From Candidatus Omnitrophota bacterium (GTDB taxonomy: Bacteria > Omnitrophota > Gorgyraeia > Zapsychrales > Fredricksoniimonadaceae): DNA of 64,000 nucleotides. The stretch's first letter is position 1. Every line of letters starts with the position of its first letter. Below, in pieces: positions 18,038-28,455 of the stretch. The notes under the pieces were generated by a model, which had not been told where the DNA came from, searched no databases, and worked only from the letters and a program-made list of their open reading frames with translations. Location: positions 33,529-97,528 of the forward strand of contig CAILQW010000003.1 of assembly GCA_903836515.1 (NCBI GenBank). The letters run 5' to 3'. The translations under genes were made by a program, and so were the position numbers.

Positions 18038-19621
18038 TCAAATGACATAATCTTCCTTGGATGACATATCCAGGAACATCTTGATCCGGCGCGAACGCGT
18101 GGGATGACGCAGCTTCCGCAGGGCCTTGGATTCAATCTGGCGTACACGTTCACGGGTCACATTGAATTCTGCACCGACCTCTTCCAGGGTCCGGCTGGTG
18201 CCGTCAACAATGCCGAAACGCAGCTCCAGGATCTTGCGCTCGCGCTCATCGAGGGTATCCAGGACCGCCTGGATCTCATCCTTGAGCATGGAATGCAGGG
18301 TGGCATTCGCCGGCGAAATAGCCTTCTTGTCCTCGATAAAATCCCCGAAATGCGTGTCCCCCTCATCGCCGATGGGCGTCTGCAGGGAGATGGGCACCTG
18401 GGATATCTTCATGATCTCCTTGACCTTGCTGACCGGGATCTTCATCTGCTTGGCGATCTCCTGGGCAGCCGGCTCGCGGCCGTTCTCCTGGACAAAAAGA
18501 CGGGAGATACGGATGATCTTGTTGATGGTCTCGGTCATATGCACCGGGATGCGGATCGTGCGCGCCTGGTCCGCGATAGAGCGGGTGATCGCCTGGCGGA
18601 TCCACCATGTGGCGTAGGTCGAGAACTTGTAACCGCGTTTGTATTCAAACTTCTCCACCGCGCGGATAAGGCCCATGTTGCCTTCCTGGATCAAATCCAG
18701 GAACGACAAACCGCGGTTGATGTATTTCTTGGCGATCGATACCACAAGACGCAGGTTGGCTTCCACAAGCTTCTTCTTGGTCTTGTTGAACTGCGACTGG
18801 CGCATCCGGATGACACGCAGCTGCTCGCGCACACGGTCCACCGGCTCGCCCAGCTCCTTGAGGAGCCTGCGGCGGTCTTCTTCCGTCTGCTTCTTGGGCA
18901 CATCGGTCTTTTTGGCCGCCAGCAGTCTGTCGGCGCGGTGCAGGCGGTAAAGGATCTCGTCGATACGGCCGATGATCTGTTCATTGACAGAAGCCGTCAA
19001 CTTGAAATCCGCCACACAGGCAATGGCGTCCTCGATCTTTTTGGCGTGACGGGCCTTGTCCAGGGTGCGCTTCAAGTCCTTTAAAAGCGTAGGCCGGCGT
19101 TCAAGCTCGTCCTTGACCACATCCTCGACGCTGATCTCTTCCTTGAGCGCCCGTTCAATGGTGTTCATGGCCTCCAGGCGGGCGTAAGCGTTCACAAAAA
19201 GCGCTTCGGCAAACTTGTTCTCCGCCTCTTCGATGCGTTTGGCCAGGAAGATCTCCTCTTCACGCGTCAACAGGGAGATCGACCCCATCTGTTTTAAATA
19301 CATCTTGACCGGGTCATCCAGCGGGATGAACTTCTCGGCATAGCCTTCTTCGTCGGCATTTTCGTCCGCGGGGCGCTTGACCTGGTCGCGGGCATCCTCC
19401 GCCGAAGCCTCGGCATCGACCTCTTCCTCTTCGCCGGAATCAACGACCCTGATCCCCTTGCCGTCAAGGATCTCGAACACCTGGTCGATATCTTCCGAGG
19501 AATCAAGGGAATCGGAAAGGGTGTCGTTGACCTCGTCGTAGGTCAAAAACCCTTTCTTCTTGCCGGACGCCACGAGCTTTTCAAGATCGTGCTGAAAATC
19601 CTTTTCCTTGTCTTCCTTCAT
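18038..19621 (-). CDS. rpoD: RNA polymerase sigma factor RpoD (sigma-70)
   Basis: Conserved regions 2-4 ([37 protein letters not shown]..). ATG at 19621 with a GGGTGAGG RBS. The ORF-track start at 19633 is GTG. Confidence 0.95.
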   Translation of the reverse strand: MKEDKEKDFQHDLEKLVASGKKKGFLTYDEVNDTLSDSLDSSEDIDQVFEILDGKGIRVVDSGEEEEVDAEASAEDARDQVKRPADENADEEGYAEKFIPLDDPVKMYLKQMGSISLLTREEEIFLAKRIEEAENKFAEALFVNAYARLEAMNTIERALKEEISVEDVVKDELERRPTLLKDLKRTLDKARHAKKIEDAIACVADFKLTASVNEQIIGRIDEILYRLHRADRLLAAKKTDVPKKQTEEDRRRLLKELGEPVDRVREQLRVIRMRQSQFNKTKKKLVEANLRLVVSIAKKYINRGLSFLDLIQEGNMGLIRAVEKFEYKRGYKFSTYATWWIRQAITRSIADQARTIRIPVHMTETINKIIRISRLFVQENGREPAAQEIAKQMKIPVSKVKEIMKISQVPISLQTPIGDEGDTHFGDFIEDKKAISPANATLHSMLKDEIQAVLDTLDERERKILELRFGIVDGTSRTLEEVGAEFNVTRERVRQIESKALRKLRHPTRSRRIKMFLDMSSKEDYVI

Positions 19622-19629
19622 GCGCGGCC

Positions 19630-21414
19630 TCACCCTTTCAAAAGTTGATTGAATTCTTCCTGGGCGCGTCGGAGCGCCTCCTGATCATCTGTCTGTTCAG
19701 CCCTGCGGATGACACCCCGCAGTTCCTGGCGGCGCGCCTTGCGCGCACGGTCCCGGATGGCCTTGATACTGTCTGCAAACGCCCGTGACGCTGTCGCCGG
19801 GTCCAGAATCTCCGCACCCGCGCAGGACAATGCCGTCAACCTGCGCCTCAACGCCTCATCCTCAAACGCGACGGCCAGTGAAGCCGGGCCGGCATCACGC
19901 CCCTCATCGAGAAGGCGGTAGGCCGTTGCCAGAACCTGTCGGGCCGCTTTCCCGGAAAGTTCTTCCGGGCTGATCTGTGTTCTTGCTTTCTGCAGCCACT
20001 GGACATCCGCCATGACGAACCGGAGAAGCCATTCCTCATCAGAGGAGAATTCTGCAACAAGGGCAGATTCGACGGCTTCTTCCTGGGGCCGCACAGGCGC
20101 ACCGGGCTGTTTCTTCAAAATATTCTGCCGCTCGCGCAACACCACATCCTCGCTCACATTGAGGCGACTGGCGAGCTCTCGCAAATACCCGTTCTTGACG
20201 ATCTCGTTCTTGACCTTCTCGATGGTCGTCAGCATCTCCCGGCAAACCGCTCCCCGGCCTTCGGGTTTGTCCATCCCGAAAGCGGACACCAGGTATTCCA
20301 GCTTAAAATCAAAAAGGCTTTTGGCCCCCGCCACGCGCCGGCGAAAATCGTCCGCGCCATAAGCCCGGATGAAGGAATCGGGATCTTCCCCGTCGGCCAA
20401 TGCCGCCACCTTCACATCCATCTCCTCTTCCAGGAGAATGTCCAGGCTGCGCAACGCGGCGGACTGGCCGGCCTTGTCCATGTCGAAGAGCATGGTGACG
20501 TTATGCGTGTAGCGCCGGATCAACCGTATCTGGTCAGGCGTGAGCGCTGTGCCCTGCGACGCCGCCACATGCTCGACACCCGCCAGGAAAGGACGGATAA
20601 AATCCAGATACCCTTCCACAATAATCACGCGGTCTTCGCGGCCTGCGGCCTCTTTCGACCAGTTAAACCCGTAAAGATGCCGGCCTTTCGTGTAAACCGG
20701 CGTTTCCGGTGAATTGATGTACTTGGCCTTATCTTCTTGCCTGAGCGCGCGCGCGCCGAAAGCCACCGGGCGTCCACGGTAATCAAAGATCGGAAAGATC
20801 ACCCGGCCGCGAAACCGGTCATAGCAACCCTTATGGTCATCCCGCTGGACGACCAGTCCGGACTTCTCGATGATCCCGGCTTCAAACCCGTTGGTACGCA
20901 AATGCTTGATGAGACCGTCCCACGCATCCGGGGCGTATCCAAGCTGGAAACGCTTTACCGCCTCAAGATGCAGGTCGCGGCCCTTGAGATAATCCCTCGC
21001 CGCATCGAATGCCTGCCCGCGGCCTGCCAGCAGATTGTGGTGGAAGTATGCCACAGCCGCGGCATTCGCTGCAAATATTTTATCCCGTATGCTGTCCTCC
21101 GGCATGCCGTCCCTGCCACCGACGGGAATTTCGATGCCGGCTTTTTCCGCGAGGAACCGGACCGCTTCAGGGAATTCAAGCCGCTCCTGTTTCATCACAA
21201 ACGAAACGACGTTGCCGCCCGCCCCGCACCCGAAACAATGGAAGATCTGCTTGTCGGGCGTCACCGTGAACGAAGGCGTCTTCTCGTTATGAAAAGGACA
21301 CAGCCCCTTGAAGTTCCTGCCCGCACGTTTCAAGGGCGTATACGTACCTATCAACGCAACGATATCCGTCCGTTCAACGACGCGGGTGATAACATCTTCC
21401 GGGATCAGGCTCAC
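19630..21414 (-). CDS. dnaG: DNA primase
   Basis: Zinc finger [17 protein letters not shown] region. GTG start with a GAGGAG RBS 8 nt upstream. 594 aa. Confidence 0.93.
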   Translation of the reverse strand: MSLIPEDVITRVVERTDIVALIGTYTPLKRAGRNFKGLCPFHNEKTPSFTVTPDKQIFHCFGCGAGGNVVSFVMKQERLEFPEAVRFLAEKAGIEIPVGGRDGMPEDSIRDKIFAANAAAVAYFHHNLLAGRGQAFDAARDYLKGRDLHLEAVKRFQLGYAPDAWDGLIKHLRTNGFEAGIIEKSGLVVQRDDHKGCYDRFRGRVIFPIFDYRGRPVAFGARALRQEDKAKYINSPETPVYTKGRHLYGFNWSKEAAGREDRVIIVEGYLDFIRPFLAGVEHVAASQGTALTPDQIRLIRRYTHNVTMLFDMDKAGQSAALRSLDILLEEEMDVKVAALADGEDPDSFIRAYGADDFRRRVAGAKSLFDFKLEYLVSAFGMDKPEGRGAVCREMLTTIEKVKNEIVKNGYLRELASRLNVSEDVVLRERQNILKKQPGAPVRPQEEAVESALVAEFSSDEEWLLRFVMADVQWLQKARTQISPEELSGKAARQVLATAYRLLDEGRDAGPASLAVAFEDEALRRRLTALSCAGAEILDPATASRAFADSIKAIRDRARKARRQELRGVIRRAEQTDDQEALRRAQEEFNQLLKG

Positions 21415-21445
21415 GCGACGCGCTCCTCAACCTATGTGCGGGGAT

Positions 21446-22012
21446 TTACTGTTTCCCAGCCCCGTCGAGAACTTCACCTACCGCCGGATTGACTTTCTGT
21501 CCGGGAATGACCTTCGCGATAAACCCGCGGGTCACCTTCCGGTATGTGTCGGGCGCGGCAAAAAGAACATACTTACGGGCAAAAGAATCAAGCGTCATGC
21601 GCTGAAGGTAAGGATAACCTGTCGCCAGAAAAAAGAACATCAGCAGGCTGCCCGTCAAAAAGAATCTGACCAGCGACACAATGCCCGCCCCCCAGCAGTC
21701 GACCACAGAAACAGTCTGGACCGTAAAGACAAGCAGAAAGCCGTCGCGCATGAATTTGCACACCACCACCACAAAGATGCCGATGAGCGCCAGCGCGGCC
21801 GGCTCAAGCAGGTCCTTGGGGATAGATGTAAAATGGCTGGTGAATGCCGCCAACCGGGTATAAAAATGAAATGACGCCAGCACGGCCAGGAAAATGGCGG
21901 CCGTTTTCATGAACTCGATCACAAACCCCGTCTTGACGCTGATATAGACAATCCTCACCAGCAGCGCCAGCAGCAGCACGTCGACCCAGTTAAAATTTTT
22001 CAGGAATTCCAT
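21446..22012 (-). CDS. cvpA: CvpA-family membrane protein
   Basis: N-terminus MEFLKNFNWVDVLLLALLVRIVYISVKTGF is CvpA-like. Four TM helices. 188 aa. Confidence 0.7.
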   Translation of the reverse strand: MEFLKNFNWVDVLLLALLVRIVYISVKTGFVIEFMKTAAIFLAVLASFHFYTRLAAFTSHFTSIPKDLLEPAALALIGIFVVVVCKFMRDGFLLVFTVQTVSVVDCWGAGIVSLVRFFLTGSLLMFFFLATGYPYLQRMTLDSFARKYVLFAAPDTYRKVTRGFIAKVIPGQKVNPAVGEVLDGAGKQ

Positions 22013-22119
22013 AAGGTCACCTCAGCATCCCGCACCCGGTAAAAAGCACGGTATTTTTTGTAGAGAGGGTGAAGTATAACATATATTTTTTAAAAGTGTC
22101 AAGATGAACCGCGGCAGGC

Positions 22120-22156
22120 ATAAAAAAACGCCAAAGGAACAAAATCCTTTGGCGTT
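22120..22156 (-). terminator. Rho-independent terminator downstream of smc
   Basis: Hairpin acgccaaagga acaaaa tcctttggcgt followed by a T-run on the minus strand. Coordinates are approximate. Confidence 0.6.
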
Positions 22157-22186
22157 TCTAAGGTTACATCCCTTGACCTGTCAGAT

Positions 22187-25100
22187 TCAGACCCCGGCAA
22201 ATTCTTCGACCGCAGGCTCACTGGCCGCAGGAGGCTGTCCAGCCGCAGGCGCTTCCTGCCGGTCCCCGGAAAACTTGACGGAAACAACCTTGGATATGCC
22301 ACGCTGCTGCATCGTCACGCCATACATGACATTGGCATGAGCCATGGTCTTTTTATTATGCGTGATCACAATGAACTGGGATATTTTGGCAAACTCCTTG
22401 AGAACCGATGAAAAACGGTCCACGTTGGCTTCATCCAGCGCCGCATCGATCTCGTCCAGTACGCAAAAGGGGCTGGGGTTGACGCGGAACACGGCGAAGA
22501 TCAGTGCAATGGCGGTCATGGTCTTCTCGCCGCCCGAAAGAAGGCTGATGGTCTGCAGCTTTTTGCCCGGAGGCCGTGCCACGATCTCGATGCCGGATTC
22601 AAGGGCATTTTCAGGATCCAAGAGGACAAGCTGGGACTCGCCGCCGTTGAAAAGAAGCTTGAAGTACTCGCGGAACTGTTCATTAACTTTGGTAAAAGTG
22701 TCGATGAACAGGTCGCGGGTGGTCTTGTTGATCTTGCGGATAGTCTGCTCCAGGGAGGTCTTCGCCTCGAGCAGGTCGCTCTGCTGACGGGTCAGGAACT
22801 GAAAGCGCCCCTTGAGCTCTTCAAATTCCTCGATGGCCAAAAGATTGACCCCGCCGAAAGCATCGCAGCGCTTCGTGAGCGCCTGGATCTCCTGGCGGAG
22901 CACCTCGATGTCAGGCACAGACCGCGCCCCCTCGGGCGCATCCTGCCGTGCGCCGGCAACCGCCGCCGCCAGATCGATATTATATTTCTGGGCCATGCGC
23001 TCCCGGACAGCCTGCTCCTGGAAATCCAGCTGCTGGATACGCATCGCCATATCATGGGCATTATCACGGCCGTCGGCCAGCTCCTTCTCCATCCCCGCGA
23101 TCTGGGCACGAAGACTGTTCAAGCGCTGGGAAAGGTCTTTTTCCTCGGCTTCAAGGCGTCCGCGCGATTCCCTGAACCCTTCCTTCTCGCGGCGCAGGGA
23201 TACCAGCGATGTCTCGATCCGCAGGGTATCATCCTGAAGCTGCTGCCGGCGTTCTCCAAATGAAAGCGCCTCCTGGTCCAGACGGAACATCTCCTCCAGG
23301 TACCCGTTCATGGATGAACGGAACATATCCATGTTGGCCTGCCAGGATTTCTCGCGTTCACGCATCGCGGCGATCTCGGATTCGAACTGGGCCAGCGCCA
23401 CAGCGGCTTCCTCGCGCGCCACACGCTTCACGGCCAGCGCATCCTGCCGGGTGCGGGAGGCTTCCTGGGCCGCGCCAAGATCGCCTTCAAGCCCATGGAT
23501 TTCTCCGGTCAGGCGGATCTCGCCTTCACCCAGGCGCGCCAACCCGGCGTCGACTTCCACAATTTCTTCCGCCACAGCCTGCAGCTCCTGAAGGAGTTTC
23601 ATGGCTTCCGCGCCGATATCGGTCTGCTGGGCTTCACACACGGACAAACGGCGGTCCTCCGCATGCCCTTGCTGGGCCAGGCTCTCGCTGGTGCGTGTGT
23701 ACTGGGCGATCGTTGAAAGTTTAGCGGTGCGCTCCACGGCCAGTTCGGCAAGCCTGGCATCGATGGTCCCGATCTCGCCGGCGATGGCCAACGGGTCAAG
23801 CTCCACGAACTTGGTTTCGCACATGATCTCATAAAGGGCCGACGCGTCCATGCCGTCAAGATAACGGCGCAGGTCTTCCTGACGCTCAGGGGCAACCTGC
23901 TGAACCGACTTGAGTTTCCCGATAAACCCGGTATGCCGCTCCGCCGGAGGAATAGGCGAGAAAAAACGGCCGGTGATGACAGGGTCCGGCATGTCCTGAT
24001 ACTGCACATGGAGTTTTTCAATAAATTCTTTCTGGGACACCAAAAAAAGTCTGCGGTGTTCCAGCGTTTCAATACCGGTATCCAGGGCCGCAAGTTCTTC
24101 ATGGGCAAGGGCCAGGGCCGCCTTTTCACGGTCGAGCTCATCGAAGATCGACTGGCGTTTGGCCATGATGGCGCGAATCCCGTCGGAAAGGCCGCTGAGT
24201 TTACGCTCCGTCTCGGCGCGTTCCAAGGTAACCTTGGACTGCTCAAGGTCCAGGCGGCGGCGGCGCGCCAGATAACCCTCCCGCTCCTTCATGATCTCGG
24301 TAAGCCCGCCCTTGATCTCGGCCAGGCGCGAAGATATCTGGCGGATATGTTCCTCATCGGCGCGCATGGACTGTTCATATTCCTGGATAAGGGCGGCAAG
24401 GCCCGCAAAAGCCCGGCGCCGTTCATCGAGCTCGCCGGAGGCGGCGGCAATATTCTCAAGGGACGAGGCGAGCATGCCCTCCAGTTCCGTGATCTTCTCC
24501 TGCTGAAGCCGGCATTTCTCCTTCAGGCCTTCCTTTTGACTGGACACCCGCGTGACGTTCTGCTCCAGATTTTCAAGCCGCTCGTCATTAAAAGCCATAT
24601 GGCGGACCGCAAGTTCAACCTGGTTCTCGAGTTTCATATCCTGGGCGCGAACCTCCTGGACACTCTGCTCAAGTTCCTCCAGGGCGGACATCTCGCGCTC
24701 CAGCACGCCGCGAAATTCTCCCAGTTCCCGGTGGGCATTCTCTTCGGCCCCCTTCATGGCATCGATCCGCTCCTGGATGCCGGAACGCGCCTGGGCAAAC
24801 TCATCGCATTGACACAACGCCTGGACCTGCTCCAGGCTTTTTAATTTCTCGAACTCTTCCTTATAACGCCGGGCCTTCTGGGCCTGACGCTCCAGGGATG
24901 TGATCTGGCGTTTGACTTCCGTCACGATATCGTTCAGACGCAAGAGGTTATCGTCCGTCTCTTTGAGCTTATTCATGGCCTCGCGCTTCTTGGCCTTATA
25001 TTTGGTGATCCCCGCGGCCTCATCAAAGATCATGCGCCTGTCATCAGGCCGGGCGCTGACCACCAGATCAACCTTGCCTTGCTGGACCAGGGAATAAGAC

Positions 25101-25507
25101 TCCGCACCAACCCCCGTACCCATGAACGTTTCAACCACATCTTTCAGGCGCACCGTTTCTTTATTGATAAGATACTCGCTCTCGCCGGAACGGAACAAAC
25201 GCCGGGTTACCGTGATCTCGTCATGGTCGAAAGGAAGGGTTCTGGAGGCGTTATCAAAGGTCACGCTGACTTCCGCGAAACCAAGGGCAAGTTTCGTGTC
25301 GGTGCCGTTAAAGATGACGTCTTCCATGGCGCCGCCGCGCAGCTGCTTGACGCTCTGCTCGCCCAGCACCCAGCGGATGGCGTCAAACACATTGCTTTTG
25401 CCGCACCCGTTGGGCCCGACAACAGCCGTGATCCCCGGCTCGAAATGGAGGATGGTCTTTTCGGCGAACGATTTGAACCCGAAAATCTCAAGTTTTTTGA
25501 AATACAT
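22187..25507 (-). CDS. smc: chromosome partition protein Smc
   Basis: N-terminal Walker A FKSFAEKTILHFEPGITAVVGPNGCGKSN, long coiled coils, hinge, and C-terminal signature LSGGEKTMTAIALIFA and Walker B VLDEIDAALD. 1106 aa. Confidence 0.95.
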   Translation of the reverse strand: MYFKKLEIFGFKSFAEKTILHFEPGITAVVGPNGCGKSNVFDAIRWVLGEQSVKQLRGGAMEDVIFNGTDTKLALGFAEVSVTFDNASRTLPFDHDEITVTRRLFRSGESEYLINKETVRLKDVVETFMGTGVGAESYSLVQQGKVDLVVSARPDDRRMIFDEAAGITKYKAKKREAMNKLKETDDNLLRLNDIVTEVKRQITSLERQAQKARRYKEEFEKLKSLEQVQALCQCDEFAQARSGIQERIDAMKGAEENAHRELGEFRGVLEREMSALEELEQSVQEVRAQDMKLENQVELAVRHMAFNDERLENLEQNVTRVSSQKEGLKEKCRLQQEKITELEGMLASSLENIAAASGELDERRRAFAGLAALIQEYEQSMRADEEHIRQISSRLAEIKGGLTEIMKEREGYLARRRRLDLEQSKVTLERAETERKLSGLSDGIRAIMAKRQSIFDELDREKAALALAHEELAALDTGIETLEHRRLFLVSQKEFIEKLHVQYQDMPDPVITGRFFSPIPPAERHTGFIGKLKSVQQVAPERQEDLRRYLDGMDASALYEIMCETKFVELDPLAIAGEIGTIDARLAELAVERTAKLSTIAQYTRTSESLAQQGHAEDRRLSVCEAQQTDIGAEAMKLLQELQAVAEEIVEVDAGLARLGEGEIRLTGEIHGLEGDLGAAQEASRTRQDALAVKRVAREEAAVALAQFESEIAAMREREKSWQANMDMFRSSMNGYLEEMFRLDQEALSFGERRQQLQDDTLRIETSLVSLRREKEGFRESRGRLEAEEKDLSQRLNSLRAQIAGMEKELADGRDNAHDMAMRIQQLDFQEQAVRERMAQKYNIDLAAAVAGARQDAPEGARSVPDIEVLRQEIQALTKRCDAFGGVNLLAIEEFEELKGRFQFLTRQQSDLLEAKTSLEQTIRKINKTTRDLFIDTFTKVNEQFREYFKLLFNGGESQLVLLDPENALESGIEIVARPPGKKLQTISLLSGGEKTMTAIALIFAVFRVNPSPFCVLDEIDAALDEANVDRFSSVLKEFAKISQFIVITHNKKTMAHANVMYGVTMQQRGISKVVSVKFSGDRQEAPAAGQPPAASEPAVEEFAGV

Positions 25508-25545
25508 GCAACGGACTCCCCTGAATGAACCCTGACGTGATGGCG

Positions 25546-25761
25546 TTATAACGCGGCGGAACCCTGGCTTTTAACAGGCTGTTCTTCTTCGGCATCCTGG
25601 TCAAGCCATGAATCGATGCGGTCCTTGCGGAAACGCCACAGCCCGACCGTCTTGATCGCCGGGATCTTTCCCTTTTTGACCCAGTCGTAAACCGTGCGTT
25701 TTTTGACACGTAAATAATCAGCCACCTCATCGATGGTCATCAAATTGCCGAATTGTTCCAT
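25546..25761 (-). CDS. small helix-turn-helix DNA-binding protein (excisionase/HTH_17-like)
   Basis: 71 aa. Motif MTIDEVADYLRVKKRTVYDWVKKGKIPAIKTVGLWRF is typical of MerR-superfamily excisionase-type HTH. Sits directly upstream of smc. Confidence 0.6.
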   Translation of the reverse strand: MEQFGNLMTIDEVADYLRVKKRTVYDWVKKGKIPAIKTVGLWRFRKDRIDSWLDQDAEEEQPVKSQGSAAL

Positions 25762-26010
25762 AAAGCCTCCCGCCCAAATTTACAACATATTGAACCAATA
25801 GAAACAACAGACACAAAATATCGTGTCCAGACTCTTTTAATTTATCGGTCAAAAGCCGGAGTGTCAATAAAGGTTTGAAAAATATTTTTACGCAGGCCAG
25901 GGGCCGTCATCATGTTTGTTGATGTTTAAGTCCAGAGGGTGTTGTTCTTTGACATCCTGTAGCTTTAATAAACCAACACATACACCTTCACCGCGGAGCT
26001 TTCCCGGGGA

Positions 26011-27204
26011 TCAATCAGCCTTGATATCTATCTCGACATCCGCGTTATAATCAACATCCGGATAACCAAAACCGAACAATTTCAGGAATTCCTGGTTGTA
26101 CCCGGCCACATCCCCGTTGCGCAGGACGTTGTCGGTGCTTACATTTTTCCAGACATCGCTGACAGCCGCCTGAACATCATCACGGACCTCCCAGTCATCC
26201 ACGCGCACACGGCCCTTGCCATCGACCGGGATATCCTGGAGGGCGCGGCCGTTAAACAGGCGGTCGCGGAACAAGCGGTCCATTTGCTCAATGCACCCCT
26301 CATGGATCCCGCGTGCCTTCATCTCCTTCATCAACAAAACGATATAAAGGGAAATAAACGGAATGGCCGAACTGGCCTGTGTCACCAGCGCCTTGTTGAC
26401 GGAAACAAGGGCCCGCCCTCCCACCTGCCCCATGAACTTGTCCAGCTGGCGCGCGGTCGTTTCAAGATGGTCTTTGGCGGCACCGATGGTGCCGTTGCGA
26501 TAAATGGGCTGTGTCACATCCGGGCCGATATAAGAATACGCCACGGTGAGGCAGCCCGGGGCGAGCAATTTTTCAGCTTTCAAAAATTCCATCCACATCT
26601 GCCAATCTTCGCCGCCCATGACCTGGACGGTCTGCTGCACATCTTCAGGCGTGGCCTGCTCGAGGGTCACATTGATCACCTCGTTTTTTTCAAAATCCAT
26701 CGACTTGTTCGTATACGTCCCGCAGACAGGCTTAAGCGACGACTTGAACGTTTCCCCGGTCCTGGGATGGACGCGCCGCGGCGATGCCAGGCTGTAAACG
26801 ACCATATCCACCGGCCCCATATCCTTGCGGATGGCATCGGCGACCTGGCGTTTTGTCTCATCGGCAAACGCGTCGCCGCAGAGGCTTTTGGCGTAAAGCC
26901 CCCTGGCGCGGGCGGCCTTCTCGAAGGCGGCGGTATTGTACCATCCGGCCGTGGCGGTACGCTTCCCGTCAGAGGGGCGCTCGAAATAAACGCCGTAGGT
27001 CGCCGCACCGCCGGCAAACGCCGCGACGATGCGCGAAGCCAGACCAAACCCGGCCGAAGCGCCGATCACAAGGACTTTCTTGGGAGCGCTCGTCAGCGGC
27101 TCGTGACGCAGAACATAATCGATCTGCTCCTGGACATGGCGGGCACATCCCACAGGATGCGCGGTCGTACAGATAAATCCCCTGATCTTCGGCTGGACAA
27201 TCAT
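26011..27204 (-). CDS. fabV: trans-2-enoyl-CoA/ACP reductase FabV
   Basis: N-terminus MIVQPKIRGFICTTAHPVGC, GASAGFGLASRI. 397 aa, typical of the FabV/TER family. Confidence 0.85.
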   Translation of the reverse strand: MIVQPKIRGFICTTAHPVGCARHVQEQIDYVLRHEPLTSAPKKVLVIGASAGFGLASRIVAAFAGGAATYGVYFERPSDGKRTATAGWYNTAAFEKAARARGLYAKSLCGDAFADETKRQVADAIRKDMGPVDMVVYSLASPRRVHPRTGETFKSSLKPVCGTYTNKSMDFEKNEVINVTLEQATPEDVQQTVQVMGGEDWQMWMEFLKAEKLLAPGCLTVAYSYIGPDVTQPIYRNGTIGAAKDHLETTARQLDKFMGQVGGRALVSVNKALVTQASSAIPFISLYIVLLMKEMKARGIHEGCIEQMDRLFRDRLFNGRALQDIPVDGKGRVRVDDWEVRDDVQAAVSDVWKNVSTDNVLRNGDVAGYNQEFLKLFGFGYPDVDYNADVEIDIKAD

Positions 27205-27228
27205 TTTTCCCTCATAAGATATATAGGT

Positions 27229-28455
27229 TCAACTTAACTCGGCAATCGCGGTCTTCTTGGCCACAATGACGATCCCCGACGCGGTCACGGCAAACCGGGC
27301 ACGGTCGATCTCCAGGTCATACCCGATCTTCTCGCCGGCGGGAATGACCACGTGCTTGTCGATGATGGCGTTTCTGATCTGCGCCCCTTCACCGACGACA
27401 ACGCCCTCCATGATCACGGAATCCTGGATCAACGCGCCCTGGCGGACAGTGACCAGCGGCGAGAGGACGGAACGCTCCACGCGCGCGCCCTCGATGAAAC
27501 ATCCGGGGGAAATAATCGCATCAACGGCCGCCCCCGCCACATTCTTCCCGCCCTGATGGACCGTCTTGAGGCAGACGGGCGGATAATGCGAATGATGCGT
27601 GCGCAGCGGCCATGTCTTGTCGTAAAGGTCAAAGGGCGATTTTTCACGGACCAGGTCCATGTTAGCCTGATAATACGCGTCGCGTGTCCCGATATCGCGC
27701 CAGTAATTGGACTGCTCGCCGAAATTGTAGGCCAAAAGCTTCTTGCCGGCCGCCAGCATCTTGGGAATGATGTTCTTGCCAAAATCATGGTCGGAACGCA
27801 CGTCCACCGCGTCACGCTCAAGCTCGCTTACAAGGACCTTGGCATTGAAAAGATAAATGCCCATGGACGCATAAATAGCCTCGGGGTCGCCAGGGATCGT
27901 CTTGGGCGCCTGGGGTTTTTCCTGGAATCCGCAGATAAAATTGCGGTCGTCCACCTCAATGACACCGAAATGAGGCGCCTCTTCCCGCGGCATCCGGATA
28001 CAGGGGACCGTCACATCCGCCTGGTTGGCCAAATGGGCGTTGATCAGCTTCTGATAATCCATCTTGTAAAGATGGTCGCCCGCAAGGATCAGGACCAGCT
28101 CGGGAACATGGTCATTGATCGCGTAAATGTTCTGATAGATCGCGTCCGCTGTGCCCTTATACCAGTCCTGTCCCAGGCGCTGCTGGGCCGGGATAACATC
28201 AATGAACTCGCCCAGCTGGGTGGAAACAACATCCCATCCGGCCAGGATATGCTTCTGCAGGGAAAAAGACTTGTACTGGATCAGCACATAAATACGCCGC
28301 AGCCCCGAATTGATGCAGTTGGACAGCGTAAAATCAATGATCCGGTAATTGCCGCCAAAGGGAACCGCAGGCTTGGCACGATCTCGCGTCAGAGGGTTCA
28401 GCCGTTCTCCCTTGCCGCCGGCAAGGACAAACGTCAACACATTCCTTGACATCAT
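27229..28455 (-). CDS. glgC: glucose-1-phosphate adenylyltransferase
   Basis: Motifs LAGGKGERLNPLTRDRAKPAVPFGGNYRIIDFTLSNCINSG, YWRDIGT. 408 aa. Confidence 0.85.
   Translation of the reverse strand: MMSRNVLTFVLAGGKGERLNPLTRDRAKPAVPFGGNYRIIDFTLSNCINSGLRRIYVLIQYKSFSLQKHILAGWDVVSTQLGEFIDVIPAQQRLGQDWYKGTADAIYQNIYAINDHVPELVLILAGDHLYKMDYQKLINAHLANQADVTVPCIRMPREEAPHFGVIEVDDRNFICGFQEKPQAPKTIPGDPEAIYASMGIYLFNAKVLVSELERDAVDVRSDHDFGKNIIPKMLAAGKKLLAYNFGEQSNYWRDIGTRDAYYQANMDLVREKSPFDLYDKTWPLRTHHSHYPPVCLKTVHQGGKNVAGAAVDAIISPGCFIEGARVERSVLSPLVTVRQGALIQDSVIMEGVVVGEGAQIRNAIIDKHVVIPAGEKIGYDLEIDRARFAVTASGIVIVAKKTAIAELS

Noticed and set aside
25546-25761. Excisionase-like HTH as a marker of a prophage
   Set aside because: No integrase, terminase, capsid or repressor genes nearby, and it is wedged between fabV and smc. 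Treated as a standalone HTH regulator.
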